Shown here in pieces: positions 17,645-26,756 of a DNA stretch of 64,000 nucleotides; the stretch's first letter is position 1; each line of letters starts with the position of its first letter. The notes under the pieces are model-generated. The model was not told the origin of the DNA. It searched no databases and worked only from the letters and a program-made list of their open reading frames with translations. This DNA comes from Promethearchaeota archaeon Loki_b32 (lineage in GTDB: Archaea; Asgardarchaeota; Lokiarchaeia; Sigyniarchaeales; SOKP01), in NCBI GenBank assembly GCA_005223125.1, contig NJBH01000006.1, forward strand, positions 97,507-161,506, written 5' to 3'. The position numbers were made by a program, and so were the translations under genes.

Positions 17645-20149
17645 ATGAGTAAAATCAATGAAAATAATGTTTACCAAGAAAAAGTACCAAAATTTCCCAT
17701 TGCTGAACCGCATGATCTTTCTCCTCGTTCTAAATGGCTTAGAAACTATTTCTATAAGGGATTAGATCGCGAATGGAATAACCAAATTTCACCATTTACT
17801 ACTGGAACAGATTGGGATATCATTTTCCATGAGGGAGATTGGTATATTAATCCTGAAATATATTATTATATTCAGATTCTGGGAAAGAATGATCAAGGTG
17901 TATTTGCATCATCCTATAGATCAATGGCTATACCAGTTGAATTACCAGATAATTTTTGGGAATTATCTCTACCAGAACGTAGAGCTTCATTTTTAGAAAA
18001 AGTTATGCTTGATTATATTCCTCAGGAAATTATTTCTGAAAACGATTTAATTGCAGGAGGAAGATTTAATACCCATTTAAGCAGATGTTTTAATAAGGAA
18101 GAAGCGAAAGAATATTGGAAGAAAAATATAAGAAATAGAGAAGCTGTTTTTAAATACCATAAATCTGGTTTCGGAAATTTAGGAGCGGTGCCTGGTCATC
18201 TTATCCCGGATTATGAAACTGTGGTAAAAAAAGGGTTTAAATATTTCTATGAAAAAGCTTGTAAAACATATGATAACCTTCGCGAAGAGGAAAAAAATGG
18301 CCCTAAAGGAGAAGAACTTAAGGCAATGATTATCTCAGCAAAAATTCCAAAGAAATTAGCAAAAAAATATGCTGAAGAATGTCGAAGATTAAAAAACGAG
18401 GCAAGTAAGCCTGAAAGGGTTGAAGAACTTGAACAAATGGCAAAAAATTTAGAAAGAGTACCATGGGAACCTGCTGAGACTTTCTGGCAAGGAATTCAAG
18501 CAGTTTGGCTAATTCACATGCAGGTAATGGCTGAAGAATCGTATCCTGGAGCAGGCCTCTCTTTTGGAAGAATTGATCAGTATCTTTGGGATTTGTATAA
18601 AAAGGATGTTATTGAGCAAGAACTATTCACTAAAGAATTTGCAAAAGATATTTTAGGCAGTTTCTGGTTTCATTGTAATACTGTGTATGATGCAATGATT
18701 AGAGTTGGTAATCAGGGAATAATATCAGCATACGGTCAGATTATAACACTTTCTGGATGTGGTCCAAATGGAGAGGATTTAACAAATGAACTTACATACA
18801 CTATGCTTGAAGTTATAGATTCATGGTATCCAAGTCTTGAGCCTAAACCTAACGTAAGAATTCATAGAAATTCTCCGGATAAACTTTTGGATATATTAGT
18901 AGATATAATTGCAAGATCTCAAGGCGCTCCTTTCATTCTGAATTTTGACGAGAGAAGTATTGCTGGAATGGTTAAAGAAGGCATACCTAAAGAAGAAGCT
19001 TGGAATTATGGTGTAGTAGGTTGCCTAGAAAATACAATGCAAGGTAACGATAGAAGTGGAACTGTAAATTGTAATCCTAATTTAACTAAATCTATAGAAT
19101 TAACACTATGGAATGGCAAAAATATGCCTGGAAATGATATTGTTACTAAATCTGGCGAACAAATCGGACCAGCAACAGGAGATGCTGAAAATTTTCAAAC
19201 ATGGGAAGAGTTTTATAACGCTTGGAAAGAACAAGTTAAATTTATTATTAAATATAATGTGGATGTAAATAATTTATGCGAAGAGCTTCGAGGTGATTTT
19301 ATTCGCACTCCATTCTTGTCATCGATTGTTCGAGGATGTATAGAGCAAGGTTTAGATATTACAAATGGAGGTCCTGAATTAAGATTCGTAACGGTTGAAG
19401 GAGTGGGATTTGCTACAACAGTAGATTCATTATTATCAATTAAGAAGCTTGTATATGAGGATAAGAAATATACAATGGCACAAATTAAAGATTCCTTAAT
19501 GAATGACTTCAAAAGAAACGAAGTAATGCAAACTTATTTAATGAATAAAGCTCCTAAATATGGAAACGATGAAGATGATGCTGATAAATTTTCTAAAATG
19601 GTAATGGAAACATGGGCTGAAGAATGTTGGAGATATAAAACACCAACTAATTATCAATATCGCCCGGGAATGTTATCATGGAACTACTGGGCTGGAGCAG
19701 ATGCTAGTTTTACAATAGCAACACCAAATGGACGGAATAAGGGATCATTTCTATCAAATGCAATCTGTCCCACCGATGGAGTAGATATAAAAGGACCTAC
19801 AGCAGTTACTAATTCTGTTGGTAAAGTATTAGGAGGAAAAACTGAATCTGGAGAATACATTAATTGTTTACCCAATGGAGCAAGCCATACAATTACCTTT
19901 AATCCATCTATAATTAAAGATCCAGAGCATAAAGAGAAATTTAAAGATTATTTAAGAGGTTATATAGAAAACGGAGGTACTGCCCTACAAATCAATATGC
20001 TCGATGCTAAAATGCTAAAAGATGCTCAAAAACATCCCGAAAATTATAAGAATCTTTTAGTAAGAGTAACAGGCTATAACGCATACTTCACCACCATTGG
20101 TAGAGAATTACAGGATGAGATAATCGCAAGAGAATCTCATAGAATCTAG
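17645..20149 (+). CDS. Glycyl radical enzyme (PFL2/eliminase-like), substrate unknown
   Basis: GHLIPDY, SFGRIDQYL, Cys loop VVGCLE, ATPNGR, Gly loop LLVRVTGYNAYF. ATG at 17645 follows AGGTTGG (track start 17627). Confidence 0.92.
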   Translation: MSKINENNVYQEKVPKFPIAEPHDLSPRSKWLRNYFYKGLDREWNNQISPFTTGTDWDIIFHEGDWYINPEIYYYIQILGKNDQGVFASSYRSMAIPVELPDNFWELSLPERRASFLEKVMLDYIPQEIISENDLIAGGRFNTHLSRCFNKEEAKEYWKKNIRNREAVFKYHKSGFGNLGAVPGHLIPDYETVVKKGFKYFYEKACKTYDNLREEEKNGPKGEELKAMIISAKIPKKLAKKYAEECRRLKNEASKPERVEELEQMAKNLERVPWEPAETFWQGIQAVWLIHMQVMAEESYPGAGLSFGRIDQYLWDLYKKDVIEQELFTKEFAKDILGSFWFHCNTVYDAMIRVGNQGIISAYGQIITLSGCGPNGEDLTNELTYTMLEVIDSWYPSLEPKPNVRIHRNSPDKLLDILVDIIARSQGAPFILNFDERSIAGMVKEGIPKEEAWNYGVVGCLENTMQGNDRSGTVNCNPNLTKSIELTLWNGKNMPGNDIVTKSGEQIGPATGDAENFQTWEEFYNAWKEQVKFIIKYNVDVNNLCEELRGDFIRTPFLSSIVRGCIEQGLDITNGGPELRFVTVEGVGFATTVDSLLSIKKLVYEDKKYTMAQIKDSLMNDFKRNEVMQTYLMNKAPKYGNDEDDADKFSKMVMETWAEECWRYKTPTNYQYRPGMLSWNYWAGADASFTIATPNGRNKGSFLSNAICPTDGVDIKGPTAVTNSVGKVLGGKTESGEYINCLPNGASHTITFNPSIIKDPEHKEKFKDYLRGYIENGGTALQINMLDAKMLKDAQKHPENYKNLLVRVTGYNAYFTTIGRELQDEIIARESHRI

Positions 20150-20203
20150 AAATTTATATTTATTTTCCAATTATTATTAAAACCAAAGTAAAATTTTAAG
20201 ATA

Positions 20204-21205
20204 ATGGCAACGTCTGAAGCTTTAATTTTTCAAATTCAAAAATTTTCAACAGAAGATGGTCCAGGTATCCGAACAACCGTTTTTTTTAAACAATGTCCAT
20301 TAAAATGCATTTGGTGTCATAATCCTGAATCTATACTTAAAACACCTCAACTTGAATGGTTTAAACATAAATGTATTGGATGCAAAACATGTATAGAATC
20401 ATGTCTACAAAATACATTATCTTTTGACAATAATGGCTTATTAATAGATAGAGAAAAATGTAATGAGTGTGGAGTATGTGTAGAAGAATGTCCTTCTACA
20501 GCATTAAATATGTTAGGTGAATGGTGGACATTAGAAGATCTATTTTATGAAATAGAAAAAGATAAAGTTTATTACACTAAATCTCAAGGAGGCATAACAG
20601 TCTCTGGTGGTGAACCAACACAACAACCTGATTTCATAACTGATTTTTTGAAAAAATGTAAAGAGAATGGAATATCTACTGCTATAGATACTTGTGGATA
20701 TTCATCCAAAATCATTTATGAACAAATATTACCTTATGTAGATTTAGTACTTTTAGATATAAAACATATAGATTCTGATAAGCATAAAGAATATACTGGT
20801 GTTCCTAATGAAGTAATATTAGAAAATGCTATTTGGATTTCTAATAATTTGAAAAGAAATGATAAAAAAATGTGGATTAGGACACCCATTATCCCAAATT
20901 ATACTGCTATAGATGAAAATATTAAAGGAATAGGCGAGTTTATTGTCAGTAAATTAGAAAATTTTCCTGAAAGATGGGATCTTCTTTCTTTTAATAATCT
21001 TTGCATTTCAAAATATGAAAGATTAGATATGGAATGGTCCTTGAAGAATGAACCATTAATGAAAAAGGAAGATATGGAACATTTTCTTAAGATTGCGGAA
21101 AATATAGGTGTTAAAAAACCACATTGGTCAGGATTGACAAAGAGAACCGAGGATGATGATATGAATGCCGATAGAAGTAAAAAATCAACAACACCATCTT
21201 GTTGA
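20204..21205 (+). CDS. Glycyl-radical activating enzyme with 2x[4Fe-4S] insert
   Basis: DGPGIRTTVFFK, CPLKCIWCHNPE, CIGCKTCIESC, CNECGVCVEECP, SGGEP. Confidence 0.95.
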   Translation: MATSEALIFQIQKFSTEDGPGIRTTVFFKQCPLKCIWCHNPESILKTPQLEWFKHKCIGCKTCIESCLQNTLSFDNNGLLIDREKCNECGVCVEECPSTALNMLGEWWTLEDLFYEIEKDKVYYTKSQGGITVSGGEPTQQPDFITDFLKKCKENGISTAIDTCGYSSKIIYEQILPYVDLVLLDIKHIDSDKHKEYTGVPNEVILENAIWISNNLKRNDKKMWIRTPIIPNYTAIDENIKGIGEFIVSKLENFPERWDLLSFNNLCISKYERLDMEWSLKNEPLMKKEDMEHFLKIAENIGVKKPHWSGLTKRTEDDDMNADRSKKSTTPSC

Positions 21206-21250
21206 TGATATCCATTAAGAATTTAAATAAGATAAAAAACTTGATAAAAT

Positions 21251-22129
21251 ATGAGTGAAGATAATAATAAATTTGGGTGGGATTCTGAATTTTCAGATGA
21301 ACTTATTGAATTTACTCAACCAGACATAATGGTAAAATTAGTTTCTACAATAGATTTAAGAGGTTGGCCCCATCTTACAATAATTACATCAAATCGGGGG
21401 AAAAGTAGAGATCAAATAGTATGGGGGCAATTTTATGCAGGCACGAGTAAAGAATATGTGCAAAAAGATCCAAAACAAGGAATTTTTTATATGACTACAG
21501 AAGCTCCATTTAAGTTCATCCAAGTAAAAGCTGATTTTACTCATACTAAAAACGAAGGAGAAGACCTTGACTATTTCAATCAATCAGATTTTTTTCGATA
21601 TTTTACGTATATTAACGTTTATAAAGTTTTTTATAACGATGTTGTTGCTGTAACTCCTATTAGAAATCTACCTCCTGGTAATATACCAAGAAAAATTGTT
21701 AAAGCTATTATTAAAGAAGCAAAAACTAATATAGAAGAGAAGAGACTAAATGTTATAGGATATAAGCTATTTACTAATAAAATTGGTGTTAGAGCGATAG
21801 CATATATCGATCCATCTGATGGGTATCCCGTAATTATTCCACATCTTCAACTAAATGCTGTTGATCATAATAGACTATATTTCCCATTGACAGCATTAAA
21901 GGAAGATTTTTTAAAGATCCCTGTTAATTCAAAAGTTGCTGTAATTGGCGCTAATTTCGATATGGCTAGCCAAGTAGTGAAAGGAACATTTACAGGGATT
22001 CATTCAGTTGAAAGCATCGAATATGGATTAATAGATATTGAAGAGATATATAATAGTTCTCCACCTATAGTTGGTAAAATTTATCCTGAAATTGAAACAA
22101 GACCAAAGGTAAACAATTTTACTCTTTAA
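21251..22129 (+). CDS. Tandem pyridoxamine-5'-phosphate-oxidase-like (split-barrel) protein
   Basis: Two repeats of the PNPOx-type start motif: LVSTIDLRGWPHL and IAYIDPSDGYPVI. Confidence 0.55.
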   Translation: MSEDNNKFGWDSEFSDELIEFTQPDIMVKLVSTIDLRGWPHLTIITSNRGKSRDQIVWGQFYAGTSKEYVQKDPKQGIFYMTTEAPFKFIQVKADFTHTKNEGEDLDYFNQSDFFRYFTYINVYKVFYNDVVAVTPIRNLPPGNIPRKIVKAIIKEAKTNIEEKRLNVIGYKLFTNKIGVRAIAYIDPSDGYPVIIPHLQLNAVDHNRLYFPLTALKEDFLKIPVNSKVAVIGANFDMASQVVKGTFTGIHSVESIEYGLIDIEEIYNSSPPIVGKIYPEIETRPKVNNFTL

Positions 22130-22195
22130 ATTTTTACTTTAGAGAATAACCTAAAAAAGGTCAAGAAGAAGAAAATTACATATTCTCATAATTGG

Positions 22196-22900
22196 ATGAA
22201 GATGTTTAATTATCAAGACTTCGGACTAAAAGAAGGTAATTTATATGAAATTATAGCTACAACCTATTCTATAACAAAAAACGGTAAGGAAATTAGGCCA
22301 AATGCTTCTTGTATGGGCATTAGAATGATAGAAGGAGAACAAATACAAATATCTCCTTTCTACAATACAATTACTTATAAAAACTTGAAGGAGTATAGTA
22401 CAATTGCAATCAATTTCGTTGATGATGTATATTTATATGCTTTAGCTGCTTTAAAAGAATCAGAATCTCCTATTAATTTGACAGATTTTCCCTTAAAATA
22501 CTATGATTTTAAACATTTAGAATCTCGTGCTATGGATGTACCTTATATAAAAAAAGCATGGGGAATTTTAATATGTGAAGTTTCACATGAATTTCAAAAA
22601 ACTAAAAATGATGATCTAGGAGAAGTTATTGTGCCCGTGTTTAAATTAGATGTTATTTTTACTGAAAAGCTTCAAGAAACTCATAAATTATTTAATAGAG
22701 CAGAAAATTTAGCTTTAGAAACAATAATTTTAGCAACTCGGTTAAAAGTTGCAGGAAAAAACCAAAACCAACCTCTTTTTTCTGAAATTTATAAAAAAAT
22801 AAATGATTATAAGGAAAATATTAAAAGATTTGGCAAAAATGAACAAGCACTACAGACAATTGATCTTGTAAGTAGATATATTAATAATTTAATACTTTAG
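22196..22900 (+). CDS. DUF447 family protein
   Basis: YEIIATT, PNASCMGI, TYKNL, INF, FNRA...ILATR. Methanopterin gene neighbourhood. Confidence 0.75.
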   Translation: MKMFNYQDFGLKEGNLYEIIATTYSITKNGKEIRPNASCMGIRMIEGEQIQISPFYNTITYKNLKEYSTIAINFVDDVYLYALAALKESESPINLTDFPLKYYDFKHLESRAMDVPYIKKAWGILICEVSHEFQKTKNDDLGEVIVPVFKLDVIFTEKLQETHKLFNRAENLALETIILATRLKVAGKNQNQPLFSEIYKKINDYKENIKRFGKNEQALQTIDLVSRYINNLIL

Positions 22901-23292
22901 GCCTTTTCTTTGATTTCTTCGATATACATTAAGGGATATTCCAATTCATCAACCCATTCTAATTTAGCTTTTATATTTATAGATTCATACTCAATAAATA
23001 TTTCTGCTTGTATTATTTTACCTGTAATCTCATCATAATCAAATTCTGATTCTTTATTCCCTAGAATTTTATCTCTAACTAAATGAATTTTTACCGATTT
23101 TACGAAAGGTTGGCATGATATTGCTGATTCAATTCCTTTTTCTATAGAATTAATTATTTTTTCATCGTTTCGAATAGGGATTCCGCTAAGTATATGATAT
23201 AAGGTACCTAATTTAATACCTGTTTCAAAACAAGCTCTTTCTCTCTCACTTAAATCAGGTGAAAAGTAGATTTTTTCATTAGACTTAGGCAT
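22897..23292 (-). CDS. mptD: Archaeal dihydroneopterin aldolase
   Basis: ERACFETGIKLGTLYH..G.P, QPFV, YPLM. Confidence 0.88.
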   Translation of the reverse strand: MPKSNEKIYFSPDLSERERACFETGIKLGTLYHILSGIPIRNDEKIINSIEKGIESAISCQPFVKSVKIHLVRDKILGNKESEFDYDEITGKIIQAEIFIEYESINIKAKLEWVDELEYPLMYIEEIKEKA

Positions 23293-23298
23293 TTGTGA

Positions 23299-24309
23299 TC
23301 AATCTATATATTCTATTTTTGCTCCAGTATTATTAGGCTTACAAATATAGATATGTCCTCTTCCATTCTTTTGACTTTTTTGAACATCTCTCAGTAATAT
23401 TTCAGCTTCTTTATCGGATTCTACAATGCCCACTATGCTTGGTCCAAAAGAGGACATACCATAAGCTTTTAATCCTTTATCCTCAAAAAATTTGAGAAGA
23501 TCTTTAACAATCTTATGCTGTAATTCAATTTCAATTTTTTTAAATCCTATACCTTGAATTCTTTTTAAACCTTCCCCAAAGCACTCTAAATCATTTTTAA
23601 TAATACCAGGCAATATCTTCATTACCACTTGATGCGATACTTCATTTACTTCATTTTTAGGAATTGGGGCATAATTTTGAAAAACACTGATCTCTTCATC
23701 ACCATAAGCACCCTTTTTAACATTAGGAATGACAAGAACAAATCTCCAATCTGCAGGTATATCATGTCTAAAAATGGTTAATGCCGGATTAGTCGAAGTT
23801 GATGCTGAAGATGGTAAAAAAGTTTCTTTTTCTTTCCCATAACCAAAATCATGTCCACCATCTAAAATAAAACCACCGGTTTTGAAACCTCTCCATCCAA
23901 TTCCAGAAGTTCCCCCTCTTTCTACTAATTTAGTTAAATCTTTATGCGTTAAATGACTGAAATCCTTCAATTTCGTTATAGCTGTAGCTATAGCTAAAGA
24001 TAATTGTGTTTTTGAGCCTAAACCTACGTGTGATGGAAAATATCTTTTAAGATTGAAATGAAAATTCTTATTGCTAATATTATATCGTTTAAATACCTTA
24101 GAAGCTATTTCATTGATTACTTCTATTGATTCTCGATAATATTTATGAGCTTCTATTTTAAATTCTTCAGCACTATTAGAAGCTTCAAAAACTACATTAG
24201 GACGGTCTAACATAAGACCAATACCGCCATCTACCCTACCGGTGTATCCATTCTCATCTATTAAAGAGAGGTGTATCCTACAAGGGGTTGTTATCCTTAA
24301 AGAAGTCAT
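23299..24309 (-). CDS. mptG: Beta-ribofuranosylaminobenzene 5'-phosphate synthase (GHMP kinase fold)
   Basis: PCRIHLSLID...GRVDGGIG, HVGLGSKTQ, RGGTSGIG, GGFILDGGH, GMSSFGP. ATG at 24309 preferred to track start 24360. Confidence 0.9.
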   Translation of the reverse strand: MTSLRITTPCRIHLSLIDENGYTGRVDGGIGLMLDRPNVVFEASNSAEEFKIEAHKYYRESIEVINEIASKVFKRYNISNKNFHFNLKRYFPSHVGLGSKTQLSLAIATAITKLKDFSHLTHKDLTKLVERGGTSGIGWRGFKTGGFILDGGHDFGYGKEKETFLPSSASTSTNPALTIFRHDIPADWRFVLVIPNVKKGAYGDEEISVFQNYAPIPKNEVNEVSHQVVMKILPGIIKNDLECFGEGLKRIQGIGFKKIEIELQHKIVKDLLKFFEDKGLKAYGMSSFGPSIVGIVESDKEAEILLRDVQKSQKNGRGHIYICKPNNTGAKIEYID

Positions 24310-24424
24310 ATTTTTCTTTTTTAAATTAGGGGATTCTAGACTATAAATAAGAATTTTCAAAATAATTTAAATGTATTATAAACTTTTATTCATAGTTTTT
24401 AGAATATAGGAGGATTTAAGTAAT

Positions 24425-25816
24425 TTGAGCGATTTAGAAGGCTTGACTCGGAATTTAATACAAAAGGGATACTCAGAACAACAGATTCTTGAAAGGATTG
24501 TTCAAGAATACCAAGATTTTAAAGATATTGATAATTCTTTAGCAGTTAAGCTTGCTAAAGCAATTTTTGAAGAGTGTATCAAGAGTGATATCAGATCTGT
24601 ATCAGAGCCTTTTGTAAAAGAATTACTTGATATTAATAAGGCAAATGTCTCTATAGGAAAGCAGGGTGTTGGATGTAGAGGTGCAGGAGACTTTTTCGTC
24701 CATAAATTAATAACAGAGTTATCAGAAACAGATTATAAAGCATTTTTATCTCCAACTTCATTAGATGATTCGGGAGCAGTTCGCATGCTAGACATTAAAG
24801 GATTTAAAGATCAACCATTTGAGCTTGAGGATTTAATAATTGTATCAAAAATGGAGGGAATTCATTCACGCCTCAGCGATTTCCCATTTATTTGCGGGTT
24901 TCATGTAACTCGAGCTGCTTTAAGAGATTTATATGTTAAAGGAGCAAAACCTATATCTATAATGATTGACAGCCATCTTGGGGATGATGCAGATGTAGGT
25001 AAATTATTTGATTTTATAGCTGGTGTATCTACAATTTCAGATTTAGCGAAAGTTCCAATAACTGCGGGTTCAACATTAAGAATTGGAGGGGATATGGTAA
25101 TCGGTAATAGATTAGTAGGTGGAATAAGCGCAATCGGTATTTGTAGAAGATTATTAGCTAGGAGAAATATACAAGTAGGAGATCGGATCTTAATGTCTGA
25201 GGGTGCGGGAGGGGGAACTATTACCACTACCGCGATTTATTCTGGAAATCATGAGGTTGTAAGAGAAACGATGAATATTAAATTTCTTGAAGCTTGTGAA
25301 ATTATTTTGAACTCTGATTATATCAATGAAATTAGGGCTATGTGTGATGTTACCAATGGAGGCTTAAGAGGAGATCTATATGAAATTAACTATGAAGCTA
25401 ATTGTGGAGTTAATATTTATGAGGAAAAGGTAAGAAAGCTTGTAAATCCAATTGTGTTAAATATGTTAGAAAAGGTTGGAGTTGATTATTTAGGCGTTTC
25501 TTTAGATGCTCTTCTAATTTATTGTTCTGAATCGGTGTCAGCAAAAATCATTGCTGATCTCGAAAGAAACAATATAAAATGTAATGAAATAGGTTATGTA
25601 GATAATTCGAACCAAGTTTTTCTAACTTACACAGGTAAAGAAAAAAAAAAAATTTTACCAAAATTCAGAGAATCTGCCTATACTAAAATAAAACAAGAGG
25701 TTGGAGAAGATAAACCCGAATCCCTCGAAAAAATGGAAAAGAGTATTGAAAGGGCAGCTAAAGAAGCAGTAAAAAAGCGTCAAAGGATAATTGAATATAT
25801 TAAAAAACAGAACTAA
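24425..25816 (+). CDS. AIR-synthase-related (PurM/HypE-like) protein
   Basis: GVGCRGAGDFFVH, DDSG, GIHSRLS, AALRD, GSTLRIGGD, DVTNGG. AGGAGG SD. Confidence 0.85.
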   Translation: MSDLEGLTRNLIQKGYSEQQILERIVQEYQDFKDIDNSLAVKLAKAIFEECIKSDIRSVSEPFVKELLDINKANVSIGKQGVGCRGAGDFFVHKLITELSETDYKAFLSPTSLDDSGAVRMLDIKGFKDQPFELEDLIIVSKMEGIHSRLSDFPFICGFHVTRAALRDLYVKGAKPISIMIDSHLGDDADVGKLFDFIAGVSTISDLAKVPITAGSTLRIGGDMVIGNRLVGGISAIGICRRLLARRNIQVGDRILMSEGAGGGTITTTAIYSGNHEVVRETMNIKFLEACEIILNSDYINEIRAMCDVTNGGLRGDLYEINYEANCGVNIYEEKVRKLVNPIVLNMLEKVGVDYLGVSLDALLIYCSESVSAKIIADLERNNIKCNEIGYVDNSNQVFLTYTGKEKKKILPKFRESAYTKIKQEVGEDKPESLEKMEKSIERAAKEAVKKRQRIIEYIKKQN

Positions 25817-25828
25817 ATATAATGATTA

Positions 25829-26665
25829 TTAATTTAAGTCTAAGACTTCATTCATTGACCCTGATCTAAAACCTTCAATATCAATTGTTATATATGTAAA
25901 CCCTAGTTCCTTTAATTTACTTTTAATTAATTCCAAATTTTTAGCTGTTAAAACATTAGCTAAATCGTCAGGTAAAAATTCGATACGAGCAAGATTTTCT
26001 TCATGTAATCTCACCCTTAATTGCCTTAATTCAAATCTATTCTTGAGAAATCTTTCAGCTTCTCTAATCATATCTAGCTTTTTTTCATTTATGATTTGAC
26101 CATAGGGAATTCGTGATGAAAAGCAAGCCATCGATGGCTTGGATTGAACATCCAGATCAAAAAGTTTACTTATTTGACGAATTTCAGTTTTATTTATATT
26201 GTAATCAATGTAGGGTGTGGAAATGTTTAATTCCTTTAATGCTTGCATTCCAGGCCTATAATCCGAAAGATCATCAGCATTTGAACCATCTAATATAATA
26301 TCAAACTTTTTTAAATTTTTGATTTTAAGTATATCATTATACAGCCCCGTTTTACAAATATAGCACCTATTTGAGGGATTACATTGAAATTCTTTGTCTT
26401 CTAATGGATCACGTTCAATAATTTTATGTTCTATACCATAATTATTAGCAAATTGGGACGCTTCTCTAATTTCTTCCTCAGGATAAAGATTTGAACGTTC
26501 AGTTATAAGTAACGTATCTTTAGCATACTTATTAGTTAGGAACGCCAAAAGGGAACTGTCAACACCTCCTGAAAAAGCCACAATAACCTTTTTTCCTTCT
26601 AAAAAAGATTTAAGTTTTTTAAGTTTAAGATTTAGATTCTTGGATATTTCCACATTCATTTTCAA
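25829..26665 (-). CDS. larE: LarE-like ATP-dependent sulfur transferase (PP-loop)
   Basis: SGGVDS, RCYICK, DGSNADD..DYRPG, ACFSSRIPYG, RVR, GFRSGS. Confidence 0.85.
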   Translation of the reverse strand: MKMNVEISKNLNLKLKKLKSFLEGKKVIVAFSGGVDSSLLAFLTNKYAKDTLLITERSNLYPEEEIREASQFANNYGIEHKIIERDPLEDKEFQCNPSNRCYICKTGLYNDILKIKNLKKFDIILDGSNADDLSDYRPGMQALKELNISTPYIDYNINKTEIRQISKLFDLDVQSKPSMACFSSRIPYGQIINEKKLDMIREAERFLKNRFELRQLRVRLHEENLARIEFLPDDLANVLTAKNLELIKSKLKELGFTYITIDIEGFRSGSMNEVLDLN

Positions 26666-26756
26666 TATTTTATTATTATATTAAGTTAAATCCTTTTAAC
26701 ACACTATTTTAAAAAAAAGAAAAAAAAATAAGGTTTGTGATTATTATTTAAAGTTT

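Noticed and set aside
17645-20149. Pyruvate formate-lyase or choline TMA-lyase call
   Set aside because: It lacks the adjacent CC pair of PFL, and the Cys-loop sequence does not match CutC.
21200-21230. Cys-TGA at the end of the activase as possible selenocysteine
   Set aside because: A second TGA follows immediately, the domain is already complete, and no SECIS-like hairpin is evident.
24425-25816. selD, hypE or thiL assignment
   Set aside because: It has the PurM fold but lacks the family-specific motifs and context. Left as AIR-synthase-related.
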